Assembly: GCA_049692775.1 (NCBI GenBank)
Contig: JBAVPE010000113.1
Location: 1,692-65,691 of the forward strand
Direction: 5' to 3'
From: Anaerocolumna sp.
GTDB taxonomy: Bacteria > Bacillota > Clostridia > Lachnospirales > Lachnospiraceae
DNA: 64,000 bases
The position numbers were made by a program, and so were the translations under genes. The notes beneath the pieces were generated by a model, which was not told the origin of the DNA, made no database searches, and was given only the letters and a program-made list of their open reading frames with translations. Each line of letters starts with the position of its first letter. Positions within the stretch are counted from its first letter, which is position 1. Below are positions 30,486 to 39,813 of the stretch, in pieces.

Positions 30486-32309
30486 TTATTCGACTGTAAC
30501 GGATTTAGCTAAGTTACGGGGCTGATCTACATTTAATCCGCGGTGTACGGAGGTATAATAGGCAAGTAACTGTAATACAACTGCAGTTGTAAAAGGAGCC
30601 ATATTATCGGCTGATTCAGGTAAGGCAATGTGAGAGTCATATATAGAAGCGTCAACATCAGAGGCTCCATTGGTAATTAATAGAACGAAGGCTTCTCTGG
30701 CACGAACTTCACGGATATTGGATATCATCTTTTTGAAAACATTGGACTGGGTAGCAAGTGCAATAACAGGGACACCTTCTGTTATAAGGGAAAGAGTTCC
30801 ATGCTTTAACTCACCGGCAGCATAAGCTTCGGAATGAATATAACTGATTTCTTTTAACTTAATAGAACCTTCACAGGATAAGGCATAATCAAGACCACGG
30901 CCAATAAAGAATAAATCTTCTTTATCTGCAAGGTTTAAACAGATTTTATCAATATCTTCAGCTAAAGTTAAAGTTTCTTCAATTGCAGGTATTACGGACT
31001 GAAGCTGCTTTATATGAGCAATACATTCGGTTTCGGTTATGGTTCCTTTGATTAGTGCAAAGTGATAAGCAATCAGATAAAGACAGGATAACTGGGCCGT
31101 ATAAGCCTTTGTACTGGCAACGGCAATTTCAGGACCTGCGTGGGTATATAATACATAATCACTTTCCCTGGCGATGGAGGAGCCTTTTACATTAACAATG
31201 GATAAAGTTTTTGCCTGGTGTTCATTGGCGAGCCTGAGGGCGGCTAAAGTATCGGCAGTTTCACCGGACTGGGAAACGGTTATTAGTAAAGTAGTTTCAT
31301 CTATAATCGGATCCTGGTAGCGGAATTCCGAGGCAATTTCTACGGTTACAGGAATACGGAGTAGTTTTTCCATCATAACTTTACCCACTAAACCTGCGTG
31401 CATAGCTGTTCCGCAGGCTGTAATAATAATACGGTTTATTCCGTTAAATACCTGATCCGGTATTCCGTCCGTTGTAAAATCAGGCAGTTGTTTGTTTTTA
31501 ATACGTGGCATAATTGTTGAACGGAGGGATTCCGGCTGCTCATGGATTTCTTTTAACATAAAATGAGGATAACCGCCCTTTTGGGCGGAGGTTACATCCC
31601 AATTAACATAAAGCATCTTAGGTGAAATAATTTCATCATTTAAATCCGTTACTGTAATATCTTCTTTTGACAAACGTGCAATATGCATCTGCGGTAAAAC
31701 AAAATATTCCCTGGAATATTTAATTAATGCAACCATGTCAGAGGCAATAATGGATCCTTCTTTAGAATGACAGGCAACTAACGGACTTCCGTTCCGTAAA
31801 CAATAAATCACTTCCGGTTCATCAGCAAATAAGATACAAAAAGCATAAGCACCATTAAGCCGGTCAATTGCTTTCTTTATGGCAGTTATGGCATCACCTT
31901 CGTATAAGCTGTCAATTAACATAGCAACGATTTCCGTATCAGTCTGTGATACGGGGAATTTTCCTAAAGCGGCAAGTTCCATTTCTAACTCGTGATAATT
32001 TTCAATAATACCGTTATGAATTAAAGTTACTTTTCCAAAGGTATGGGGGTGTGAGTTTGTATCCGATACACCGCCATGGGTTGCCCAACGGGTGTGGCCG
32101 ATACCGCAGGTACTGCCCGCGTCAGCAGATAAAGCCACCTTATCACGGAGGGAGGATACCTTACCGGTTGTTTTGACCGTATCTATATTGCCATTATGAA
32201 AGAATGCTATACCTGCACTGTCATATCCACGGTATTCCAATGCGGAAAGTCCCTCCAATAACACATTTTTTGCTTCAGAATAGCCAGTAAAACCAATGAT
32301 TCCACACAT
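30486..32309 (-). CDS. glmS: glutamine--fructose-6-phosphate aminotransferase
   Basis: Starts MCGIIGF (N-terminal Cys nucleophile) at 32309 with an AAAGGAG RBS; the track start at 32435 is upstream read-through. Two SIS domains and a C-terminal ...KSVTVE. Confidence 0.95.
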   Translation of the reverse strand: MCGIIGFTGYSEAKNVLLEGLSALEYRGYDSAGIAFFHNGNIDTVKTTGKVSSLRDKVALSADAGSTCGIGHTRWATHGGVSDTNSHPHTFGKVTLIHNGIIENYHELEMELAALGKFPVSQTDTEIVAMLIDSLYEGDAITAIKKAIDRLNGAYAFCILFADEPEVIYCLRNGSPLVACHSKEGSIIASDMVALIKYSREYFVLPQMHIARLSKEDITVTDLNDEIISPKMLYVNWDVTSAQKGGYPHFMLKEIHEQPESLRSTIMPRIKNKQLPDFTTDGIPDQVFNGINRIIITACGTAMHAGLVGKVMMEKLLRIPVTVEIASEFRYQDPIIDETTLLITVSQSGETADTLAALRLANEHQAKTLSIVNVKGSSIARESDYVLYTHAGPEIAVASTKAYTAQLSCLYLIAYHFALIKGTITETECIAHIKQLQSVIPAIEETLTLAEDIDKICLNLADKEDLFFIGRGLDYALSCEGSIKLKEISYIHSEAYAAGELKHGTLSLITEGVPVIALATQSNVFKKMISNIREVRAREAFVLLITNGASDVDASIYDSHIALPESADNMAPFTTAVVLQLLAYYTSVHRGLNVDQPRNLAKSVTVE

Positions 32310-32589
32310 AAAATTAACTCCTTTCTTATTTTCGCATAACAATAAGCCAAGTGATAATTTGATTTTTGCATAGCAGAAAAAAGCCCGGGAAAAACTGTTT
32401 GGGACGTATTTTAAACCTATGAATATAAATTGCACTTAGTTAACGTATGCGAAGCAGCCAATCGATTCACGATTTAGCTGATAAATTTTCAATGTTCCTA
32501 ATACCAATAACTTAAATTAAGAAATTCAATCAGAATTCACAGCAATACTAAGCTTCAATCATTCATTGAAGTCATAGCAATACCTAATT

Positions 32590-32766
32590 CATTTACTTGG
32601 TTATGCCGCTGTTGTGCTCCGGTTACCCGAAGTTTTTTCGACATATCACACATCCAAGCATGTGAGAGAGCATCCGCCGAACGATTCGCTGACTCTCTAC
32701 CTCGTTAACCTCTAAAATACGGGAGTGTCTTTAACTCCTTAACCCAATAGAGGTGCATGGCGCTAA
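32590..32766 (-). ncRNA. glmS: glmS ribozyme (GlcN6P-dependent self-cleaving riboswitch)
   Basis: The minus strand reads AGCGCC...TTAACGAGGTAGAGAGTCAGCGAATCGTTCGGCGGATGCTCTC... This matches the conserved AGCGCC cleavage-site start, ACGAGG and UUCGGCGGAUGC core elements. It lies upstream of glmS. Confidence 0.85.
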
Positions 32767-32998
32767 TTTAAACATTTCTGTTAGTCTGATCTTGGGTTGA
32801 TCTTATTGTAGGCTGCATCAGTATTACAAAATTAATATATGTAACCACACTCCTTTCGGTTACAATCATGTAATATGGAAAAATTAAAAAATGCAATTTT
32901 GTAATGGTGACATGTTAACATGAAAAGGAAGAAAAGTCAATATTTTGAGCGGAAAGAGTCCCTCTTATTTGGGACAGCCTGATTTTCTATATTGTGCA

Positions 32999-33041
32999 AA
33001 TAAGGACGTTATTTAAAATAAATAGCGTCCTTATTTTTTTT
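32999..33041 (+). terminator. orphan rho-independent terminator upstream of the rhaB leader
   Basis: AATAAGGACG (32999-33008) pairs with CGTCCTTATT (33026-33035), followed by a T-run. No annotated plus-strand gene lies upstream. Confidence 0.6.
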
Positions 33042-33162
33042 GATTTTTACGATATAATAATGATATCAGATAATGGATGTAACGAAAAATAAGCTGGGGA
33101 ATTTGAGATGCCGCAAAAAGGCATCATGTTTGAAAGGGGCTGCGGGTCAGCCATGTCGCGAA

Positions 33163-33272
33163 GAGTGAAAGAAAATATAGATAATGAAAGGTTGCCACAA
33201 TATGATTCTTTCACTCCTTTTTATTTGTGGCAATATCGCGGACAGGTCAGCGATATGCAATGGGTGTAAAAT
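33163..33272 (+). promoter_or_regulatory. structured 5' leader, copy A (terminator-like P1, pseudoknot P2, hairpin P3, TGCAATGGGTGT box)
   Basis: P1 is GAGTGAAAGAA (33163-33173) with TTCTTTCACTC (33206-33216), followed by CTTTTTATTT. P2 is TTGCCACAA (33192-33200) with TTGTGGCAA (33225-33233). P3 is ATATCGC with GCGATAT. The whole unit is paralogous to 50301-50410. Confidence 0.6.
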
Positions 33273-34673
33273 ATGCCAAATTACTATTTAGCAGTAGATA
33301 TTGGAGCGTCCAGTGGCAGACATATTTTGGGATGCCTTCAGGATGGAAAAATTACATTAGAAGAAATTTACCGTTTTGATAATGGAATGGTAAAAAAAGA
33401 CGGATATTTGTGCTGGGAACTTGACAGACTTTTTGATGAAATCAAGAACGGTTTAAAAAAGTGTAAGGAGCTTGGCAAAATTCCAACCAGCATGGGAATT
33501 GATACCTGGGCTGTGGATTTTGTCTTACTTGATAAAAAGGATCGGGTTCTTGGCAATACCGTAGGATATCGTGATAAAAGAACAAATGGAATGGATACCT
33601 TGGTTTATAATGAGATTACGGAAGATGAGTTATATAACAGAACAGGAATCCAAAAACAGATTTTTAATACGATTTATCAATTAATGGCTGTTAAAACGCA
33701 GCATCCGGAGTATTTAAAAGAAGCGCAGAGTTTTTTAATGGTACCGGACTATTTTAATTATTTACTTACAGGTAATAAATTAAATGAATATACTAATGCA
33801 ACAACCACACAGTTAGTAAGCCCTGTTACGAAGGATTGGGATGAAGGCTTAATCGACAAATTAGGTTTTAATAAAAAAATGTTCCATAAAATATCTTTAC
33901 CGGGAACAGCGGTAGGAAACTTTTCTGATCTTATCAGGGAAGAAGCCGGATTTGATTGTGAAGTAATTTTACCGGCAACTCATGACACCGGTTCTGCGGT
34001 ATTATCTGTTCCTGCTAATGATGATGATTACTTATATATCAGTTCAGGAACCTGGTCTTTAATGGGCATTGAAAGGCAGGAGGCAGATTGCACTAATATA
34101 AGTAAAGATGCCAATTTTACCAATGAAGGCGGTTATGATTATAGGTTCAGATATCTAAAAAATATTATGGGATTATGGATGATCCAATCCGTAAAGCATG
34201 AGTTAAAGGATACTTATTCTTATAATAAATTATGTGAACTGGCACAGGAAGCAGATACATTTAAATCCAGGGTGGATGTAAATGATGACTTATTTCTATC
34301 TCCGGAGAATATGACGGATGCCATTAAGAAATACTGTAAAGATACGGATCAGAAAGAACCATCTACCGTAGGGGAGCTGGCGGCCTGTATTTATCATAGT
34401 TTAGCCAGGAGTTATGCAGATACAGTGGAAGAAATTGAAAAGATTACCGGAAAATCCTATTCCCGGATTCACATCGTAGGCGGTGGTTCCAAGGATGATT
34501 ATTTAAACGAGTTAACGGCAAAATATACTAAGAAGTCTGTTTATGCAGGTCCTGCAGAAGCAACGGCAATAGGGAATATCCTTGCACAAATGTTAAAAGC
34601 TGAGGATTATAAATCCATAGAGGAAGCAAGAACGGGAGTGTTTAATTCCTTTCCAATCATAAACTTCAAATAA
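33273..34673 (+). CDS. rhaB: rhamnulokinase
   Basis: 466 aa FGGY kinase. N-terminus YYLAVDIGASSGRHILG and overall RhaB-like pattern, directly upstream of rhaA. Confidence 0.85.
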   Translation: MPNYYLAVDIGASSGRHILGCLQDGKITLEEIYRFDNGMVKKDGYLCWELDRLFDEIKNGLKKCKELGKIPTSMGIDTWAVDFVLLDKKDRVLGNTVGYRDKRTNGMDTLVYNEITEDELYNRTGIQKQIFNTIYQLMAVKTQHPEYLKEAQSFLMVPDYFNYLLTGNKLNEYTNATTTQLVSPVTKDWDEGLIDKLGFNKKMFHKISLPGTAVGNFSDLIREEAGFDCEVILPATHDTGSAVLSVPANDDDYLYISSGTWSLMGIERQEADCTNISKDANFTNEGGYDYRFRYLKNIMGLWMIQSVKHELKDTYSYNKLCELAQEADTFKSRVDVNDDLFLSPENMTDAIKKYCKDTDQKEPSTVGELAACIYHSLARSYADTVEEIEKITGKSYSRIHIVGGGSKDDYLNELTAKYTKKSVYAGPAEATAIGNILAQMLKAEDYKSIEEARTGVFNSFPIINFK

Positions 34674-34802
34674 ATTGAAAGGTATATTGCAAATACCTGA
34701 TATTAAGCATTATTTATGCAAGTCAGTACTGGTTTACAACAACCCCATAACAAAACGTCTGTCCAACCAGGCAGCGGGTTAAATAAAAAGGAGGACAAAG
34801 AT

Positions 34803-36056
34803 ATGACAACAAAACAAAGATATGAATCAGCAAAGGAAATTTATAAAAATATCGGTGTAGATACCGATGAAGTATTATCAAGTCTGAAAAATGCAGCTAT
34901 TTCCATGCATTGCTGGCAAGGAGATGATGTGGCAGGATTTGAAGGGGACGGCCAGTTATCCGGGGGCATTCAGGCAACCGGTAATTATCCCGGTAAAGCC
35001 AGGACTCCGGAAGAATTAATGGCAGACATAGACAAGGCGCTTAGTCTGATTCCGGGAACACATAGAATTAATCTTCATGCTAATTATGCAATTTTTGAAC
35101 TGGGTGAACAAGTTGACCGTGATAAGCTGGAACCCAGGCATTTTGTAAAATGGGTAGAGTTTGCGAAAGAAAGAGGATTAGGACTTGACTTTAATCCTAC
35201 TTATTTTTCACATCCCAAAGCGGATGGTTTAACGCTTTCAAGTGAAGATGAATCCATAAGAAAATTCTGGATCGACCATGGTAAAGCCTGCCTTAGGATT
35301 TCTGAATATTTTGCAAAAGAGCTAAACAAGCCTTGCTTAATGAATATCTGGATTCCGGATGGTTTTAAGGATATTCCTGCAGACCGTATGGGCCCAAGAG
35401 CCAGACTTAAGGATTCCTTAGATCAGATTTTATCTATCGGATATGATAAAAACCTGGTTAACGTTGCGGTAGAATCCAAGGTATTTGGTATTGGATTAGA
35501 AGCCTGCACCGTTGGTTCCCATGAATTTTATATGAATTATGCAGCGAAAAACAACATCCTTTGCTTACTGGATAACGGACATTATCACCCAACCGAAGTA
35601 GTTTCAGATAAAATACCTTCTATGCTTCTTTTTTCAGGGAAACTGGCCCTTCATGTAACAAGACCGGTAAGGTGGGATAGTGATCATGTTGTATTATTTG
35701 ATGACGAACTAAAAGAAATTGCGAAAGAAATCGTAAGGTGTAATGCCCTTGACAGAGTATTAATCGGATTAGATTTCTTTGATGCGAGTATTAACCGTGT
35801 ATCTGCATGGGTTGTAGGTATGAGAAATATGCAGAAAGCTCTTTTATATGCAATGCTTTCCCCAAATAAAAAACTTGCTTCTTTACAAAATGAAAGGAAC
35901 TTTACTGAGCTTATGATGTTCCAGGAAGAACTAAAGTTATATCCTTTTGGTGATGTGTGGAATTATTTCTGCGAAATCAATAATGTTCCTGAAAAAGAGG
36001 ATTGGTTTAAGGAAGTAAAAGAATATGAAACGGAAGTATTAGCTAAAAGAGGATAA
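34803..36056 (+). CDS. rhaA: L-rhamnose isomerase
   Basis: AAAAGGAGG precedes the ATG at 34803; the track start at 34716 has no RBS. RhaA-like [11 protein letters not shown] and HxxxD metal-site regions. Confidence 0.9.
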   Translation: MTTKQRYESAKEIYKNIGVDTDEVLSSLKNAAISMHCWQGDDVAGFEGDGQLSGGIQATGNYPGKARTPEELMADIDKALSLIPGTHRINLHANYAIFELGEQVDRDKLEPRHFVKWVEFAKERGLGLDFNPTYFSHPKADGLTLSSEDESIRKFWIDHGKACLRISEYFAKELNKPCLMNIWIPDGFKDIPADRMGPRARLKDSLDQILSIGYDKNLVNVAVESKVFGIGLEACTVGSHEFYMNYAAKNNILCLLDNGHYHPTEVVSDKIPSMLLFSGKLALHVTRPVRWDSDHVVLFDDELKEIAKEIVRCNALDRVLIGLDFFDASINRVSAWVVGMRNMQKALLYAMLSPNKKLASLQNERNFTELMMFQEELKLYPFGDVWNYFCEINNVPEKEDWFKEVKEYETEVLAKRG

Positions 36057-36087
36057 TTCAGGCTTACTGAATCCGGGTTCAGAGGGT

Positions 36088-37914
36088 TTAGATAGGATTC
36101 GATTTTAAAGCAGGAATTCTTATTTCTACTTCAGTATATTCTCCTTCCCGGCTTCGGTAGCGTAAACCAAATTGCGTATCATAATAAAGCTGCAGCCTGT
36201 TATGTGTGTTAAGAATGCCCACGCCGCTTCCGGTGGAACTTTGTATTTTGCCGGACATGAGCTGGTCGATTTTCTCTTTAGGGATACCAACGCCATCATC
36301 AGAGATGATAAAAACAAGGGTATCATCTTCCGTCCATCCTGTAATTACGATGTTCCCTTCTTTAGATTCCTTACAGAATATACCGTGCTGTATGGCATTC
36401 TCAACAACGGGCTGGAAGATTATTTTAGGGATAGTATATTCCAGCATGTTATCCGGAATATCCACGGTAAAATGAATTTTATTGTCATAGCGCATATTTT
36501 GCAATTGAATATACAAAGAAACATGTTCTAATTCATCTTCGATGGTAACTACAATATTTCCTTTCCGTAAAGTCATTTTATAAAACTTGGATAAAGCCTG
36601 TACCGCAATGGACACATCCCCGTTCAGCCCTTTTTTAGAAAGCCAGTTAATCATATCCAATGTATTATACAAAAAATGCGGATTGATTTGTGCCTGAAGG
36701 GCCTTAAATTCAGCGGTTCTTAACTCACTTGCTGTTTTAACCTGTTCCTCGGATAAGTTATTTATTTCACCAATCATATAATTATAAGTTTCAATTAAAT
36801 CACCGATTTCATCATGTTCAGCGGGGGTATTCAAAGGGGTTGGTTCATTTGTCTTCACGGATTTCATTTGATTGATTACAGTTGAAATACGCCGGACGAT
36901 GGAATTAGAGAGCAATAAGGAAACGATACAGGCAAAAGCTAATACCAGTACATATGCTAATAAGAATTCCATAATAAGGGACTTGTTTTCAGACCAGATA
37001 CTGTTAATCGGTATTACTGATATCATATACCAGTCAGCCCCATTTATTACCTGATAGGATATATAACATTTGTCTGAGGAAAATGTTTTGATTTCAAATT
37101 TATTCGTATCCGGCACCAGGGGGGGGATCTCATTATAATATACCAGATACTTACCCACCAGATTTGTACTGGAAGAGGAAACGACGGCATCCCTTTCATT
37201 TATAATATATTTGGCACTGCCTGGGAGTGTGGTATATTCTTTTAACATGGAATTAAGATAGGATTTATCAAAATATACAGCCACGTAAGCTGCCTCTGAA
37301 TTATCCTTACCGCTTATTTTACGGGTAAAGGAAATTAAACCAGAACTTTTTTTTTCTTTGGAGGTAAGATACAGGGTGGGGCACAGAAGCAGCCTTTCGC
37401 CGGTACTTGAAAATATGCCGTGCCAATAAGAATTTTGTATATCACTAATGGGCCTTAATATCCCATTGCTGATTAATTCTGTGTCTTTATAATAATCCTG
37501 GTAGGCAGGGCTAAGATAAATTTTAATATCCGTTACGGTAACGCCGTCTATTTTAGCATCCACGGCCTGGAGGAAGGAGTTAAGATTTGCATAAAGCTCA
37601 TCATAGTTTTCAGTGGATTTATGAAAAGACCGGTTGGATAGCATTTCGGTAAAGGTATCGTCTTTCACGATTTCACTTGAAATATTACGGATATCCTCAA
37701 TGGTATTCTCAATATTGCCCACGGTTTCCCGGGATAAACTTAATTCCGTATCTTTCGTATTGGAAACAATGATATTAAAAAGCTGGCTGTAAAAGAGGGC
37801 AGTAATCATTAAAATCGGAGCCAGGATTAAAATAAGATGCGAAATTAAAAGCTTATGTTTTAACCTCATATCATTTGAATAATAACGAATCAGCTTTCTT
37901 ATAATTCTTATCAT
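36088..37914 (-). CDS. sensor histidine kinase (YesM-like: two TM segments, extracellular sensor, HAMP, His_kinase, HATPase)
   Basis: 608 aa. H-box QINPHFLYNTLD and N/G boxes of the LytS/YesM class. Overlaps the regulator gene by 4 nt. Confidence 0.85.
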   Translation of the reverse strand: MIRIIRKLIRYYSNDMRLKHKLLISHLILILAPILMITALFYSQLFNIIVSNTKDTELSLSRETVGNIENTIEDIRNISSEIVKDDTFTEMLSNRSFHKSTENYDELYANLNSFLQAVDAKIDGVTVTDIKIYLSPAYQDYYKDTELISNGILRPISDIQNSYWHGIFSSTGERLLLCPTLYLTSKEKKSSGLISFTRKISGKDNSEAAYVAVYFDKSYLNSMLKEYTTLPGSAKYIINERDAVVSSSSTNLVGKYLVYYNEIPPLVPDTNKFEIKTFSSDKCYISYQVINGADWYMISVIPINSIWSENKSLIMEFLLAYVLVLAFACIVSLLLSNSIVRRISTVINQMKSVKTNEPTPLNTPAEHDEIGDLIETYNYMIGEINNLSEEQVKTASELRTAEFKALQAQINPHFLYNTLDMINWLSKKGLNGDVSIAVQALSKFYKMTLRKGNIVVTIEDELEHVSLYIQLQNMRYDNKIHFTVDIPDNMLEYTIPKIIFQPVVENAIQHGIFCKESKEGNIVITGWTEDDTLVFIISDDGVGIPKEKIDQLMSGKIQSSTGSGVGILNTHNRLQLYYDTQFGLRYRSREGEYTEVEIRIPALKSNPI

Positions 37915-39464
37915 TTTCCAAACCGCTCCCTATATTCCGATGGGGACAGGCCGACTATTTTTTTGAAGGCTTTACCAAAATAGTTGCTGTCGCTGTAGCC
38001 GGCTTTCGCGGATATATCTGTAATTTTATATCTGGAATCCATAAGCATGTTCTTTGCCTTTTCAATACGGAATTCAGTAAGAAACTGATTTAAGGTTTTA
38101 CCGGTTTCATTTTTAAATAGTGTGCATACATAGGTGGAGGATAAAAAAACATGTTCGCTGATATCTTTTACGGAAAGATTTTCATTGCGGTAATTCTTAC
38201 CTATAAACTCCTTGATTGCATAAATAGTAGCATTATCTTTGGAGTGTTCCTGCAGGTAAGAAAATAATAAATTGATTTTATCCTGCAATAGCCGGTGTAA
38301 TTCCATTAAATTGTAATCCCGTGAGACATACTCAAGGACGGTCGCAGAACCTTCTTCATAAAAAGCCGGTATATGGAGATTTGAGGCAGTTTGAATCAGT
38401 GCGGTAAACAATTTATAGTAAAGATCTTTTACATAATTAGGCAGTACTTGCTGATTTCCTTTATAACTGTTAAATAAAGCAGTTACCACCTCAATTACTT
38501 CTTCCTTATTATTTTGGTTTAAGGCTTCTGTATATCGGGTAAAAAGAGATTGGTCAGGCACAGGGGGATGGGGTGCTGCTTCTGATACTATAATACTGTT
38601 ATAATCATAAAAAAAGGAACTATGTAATAATACAACAGCCAGGTTGTAAGATTCAAATATATTTTTAATTCCCCTAACAGTTTTACCGACGGCAATATAA
38701 TACTGATAATTTTTATTTAAATAAGCTGAAAGTGAAAAACAGATATTACGGAGTGCATATCCACTTGTTTTGTTTGTAGAAAATAAATGTAATATTAAAA
38801 ATTCATCATTTTTAATGGCAAGGATATGATTCATATGGAATTTAGTTACGATTTCATCAATGTTATAATAAAGTTCATTCAGGATCTGTTCCGAAATACT
38901 GGAAACAGCAGTTTTTAAAGTAATAATAATAGTAGTAAATTCCGTAACCGGTTTTATCTGTAATCCTAACTCTTCAAATTTTTTTGTATAATCGGAATAA
39001 TTTTCTTTTGATGCTGGATAGATTACCTGCAGTGCCAATTTATTTAACGAATATTTATTATGATAATCGGATTTAATCTGATTTTTAATATGTGTTATTT
39101 GTTCTTCCTGAGCAAGTTTAATTGATGTTTCCAGTTCCCCGGCATCAATTGGTTTTTCCACATAACTGATTACTTTTAACTTAATGGCTTCTTTTAAATA
39201 TTCCTTATCCGAGTAACCACTCATAAATATAATACTGGAAAGGGGTAATATTTTCTGGATTTCTTTTGCCATCTCGATTCCATTCATCCTCGGCATTCTG
39301 ACATCACTTAAAATAATATCCGGTTTGTGTATCCTGCAAAGTTCAATTCCATTAAGTCCATCATCTGCTTCATAGATCTTGTCTATACCAAGCAATTTCC
39401 AATTTAAATTAGAGATGATACCTTCTCTGGTTAATTTTTCATCATCAGTTATTAATATTTTCAT
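37911..39464 (-). CDS. response regulator with AraC-type HTH output (YesN-like)
   Basis: REC domain MKILITDDE...DIILSDVRMPRMNG plus a C-terminal AraC HTH (GYSDSNYFGKAFKK). Confidence 0.9.
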   Translation of the reverse strand: MKILITDDEKLTREGIISNLNWKLLGIDKIYEADDGLNGIELCRIHKPDIILSDVRMPRMNGIEMAKEIQKILPLSSIIFMSGYSDKEYLKEAIKLKVISYVEKPIDAGELETSIKLAQEEQITHIKNQIKSDYHNKYSLNKLALQVIYPASKENYSDYTKKFEELGLQIKPVTEFTTIIITLKTAVSSISEQILNELYYNIDEIVTKFHMNHILAIKNDEFLILHLFSTNKTSGYALRNICFSLSAYLNKNYQYYIAVGKTVRGIKNIFESYNLAVVLLHSSFFYDYNSIIVSEAAPHPPVPDQSLFTRYTEALNQNNKEEVIEVVTALFNSYKGNQQVLPNYVKDLYYKLFTALIQTASNLHIPAFYEEGSATVLEYVSRDYNLMELHRLLQDKINLLFSYLQEHSKDNATIYAIKEFIGKNYRNENLSVKDISEHVFLSSTYVCTLFKNETGKTLNQFLTEFRIEKAKNMLMDSRYKITDISAKAGYSDSNYFGKAFKKIVGLSPSEYRERFGK

Positions 39465-39813
39465 ACCAACTCCTATTAAGGCCCCCTGGTGAGCCAGACT
39501 CTTTGTTCTTCACATAAGCTTCTGATTCAATTATTTTAACAAACAAAATTAAAAAATGCAATTAGAATTAATAAAAGTATGTAGAAAAAAAGTGTAAATA
39601 TATTCATAAAACAAAGAAAACAGGCTTTCTCAATCATGAATAAATCATAAATCAATAAAAAACAAAAAAATAACAGTAAGATAATACCCTGCATCAAATA
39701 ATATTACGATAGGATTTATGGGGGGCGGATGATATCATAATGGCAGATGAGTTGAATGGATTAAATAAGGGTAGAGACTGGAATAGGAATCTGCCATAAC
39801 CAACGGAAGGAGA

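Noticed and set aside
33184-33291. 35-codon Cys-rich ORF (MKGCHNMILSLLFICGNIADRSAICNGCKICQITI) running through rhaB leader copy A.
   Set aside because: The equivalent frame in copy B has no start codon and gives an unrelated peptide after small indels. Conservation is at the nucleotide and base-pairing level, not the protein level.
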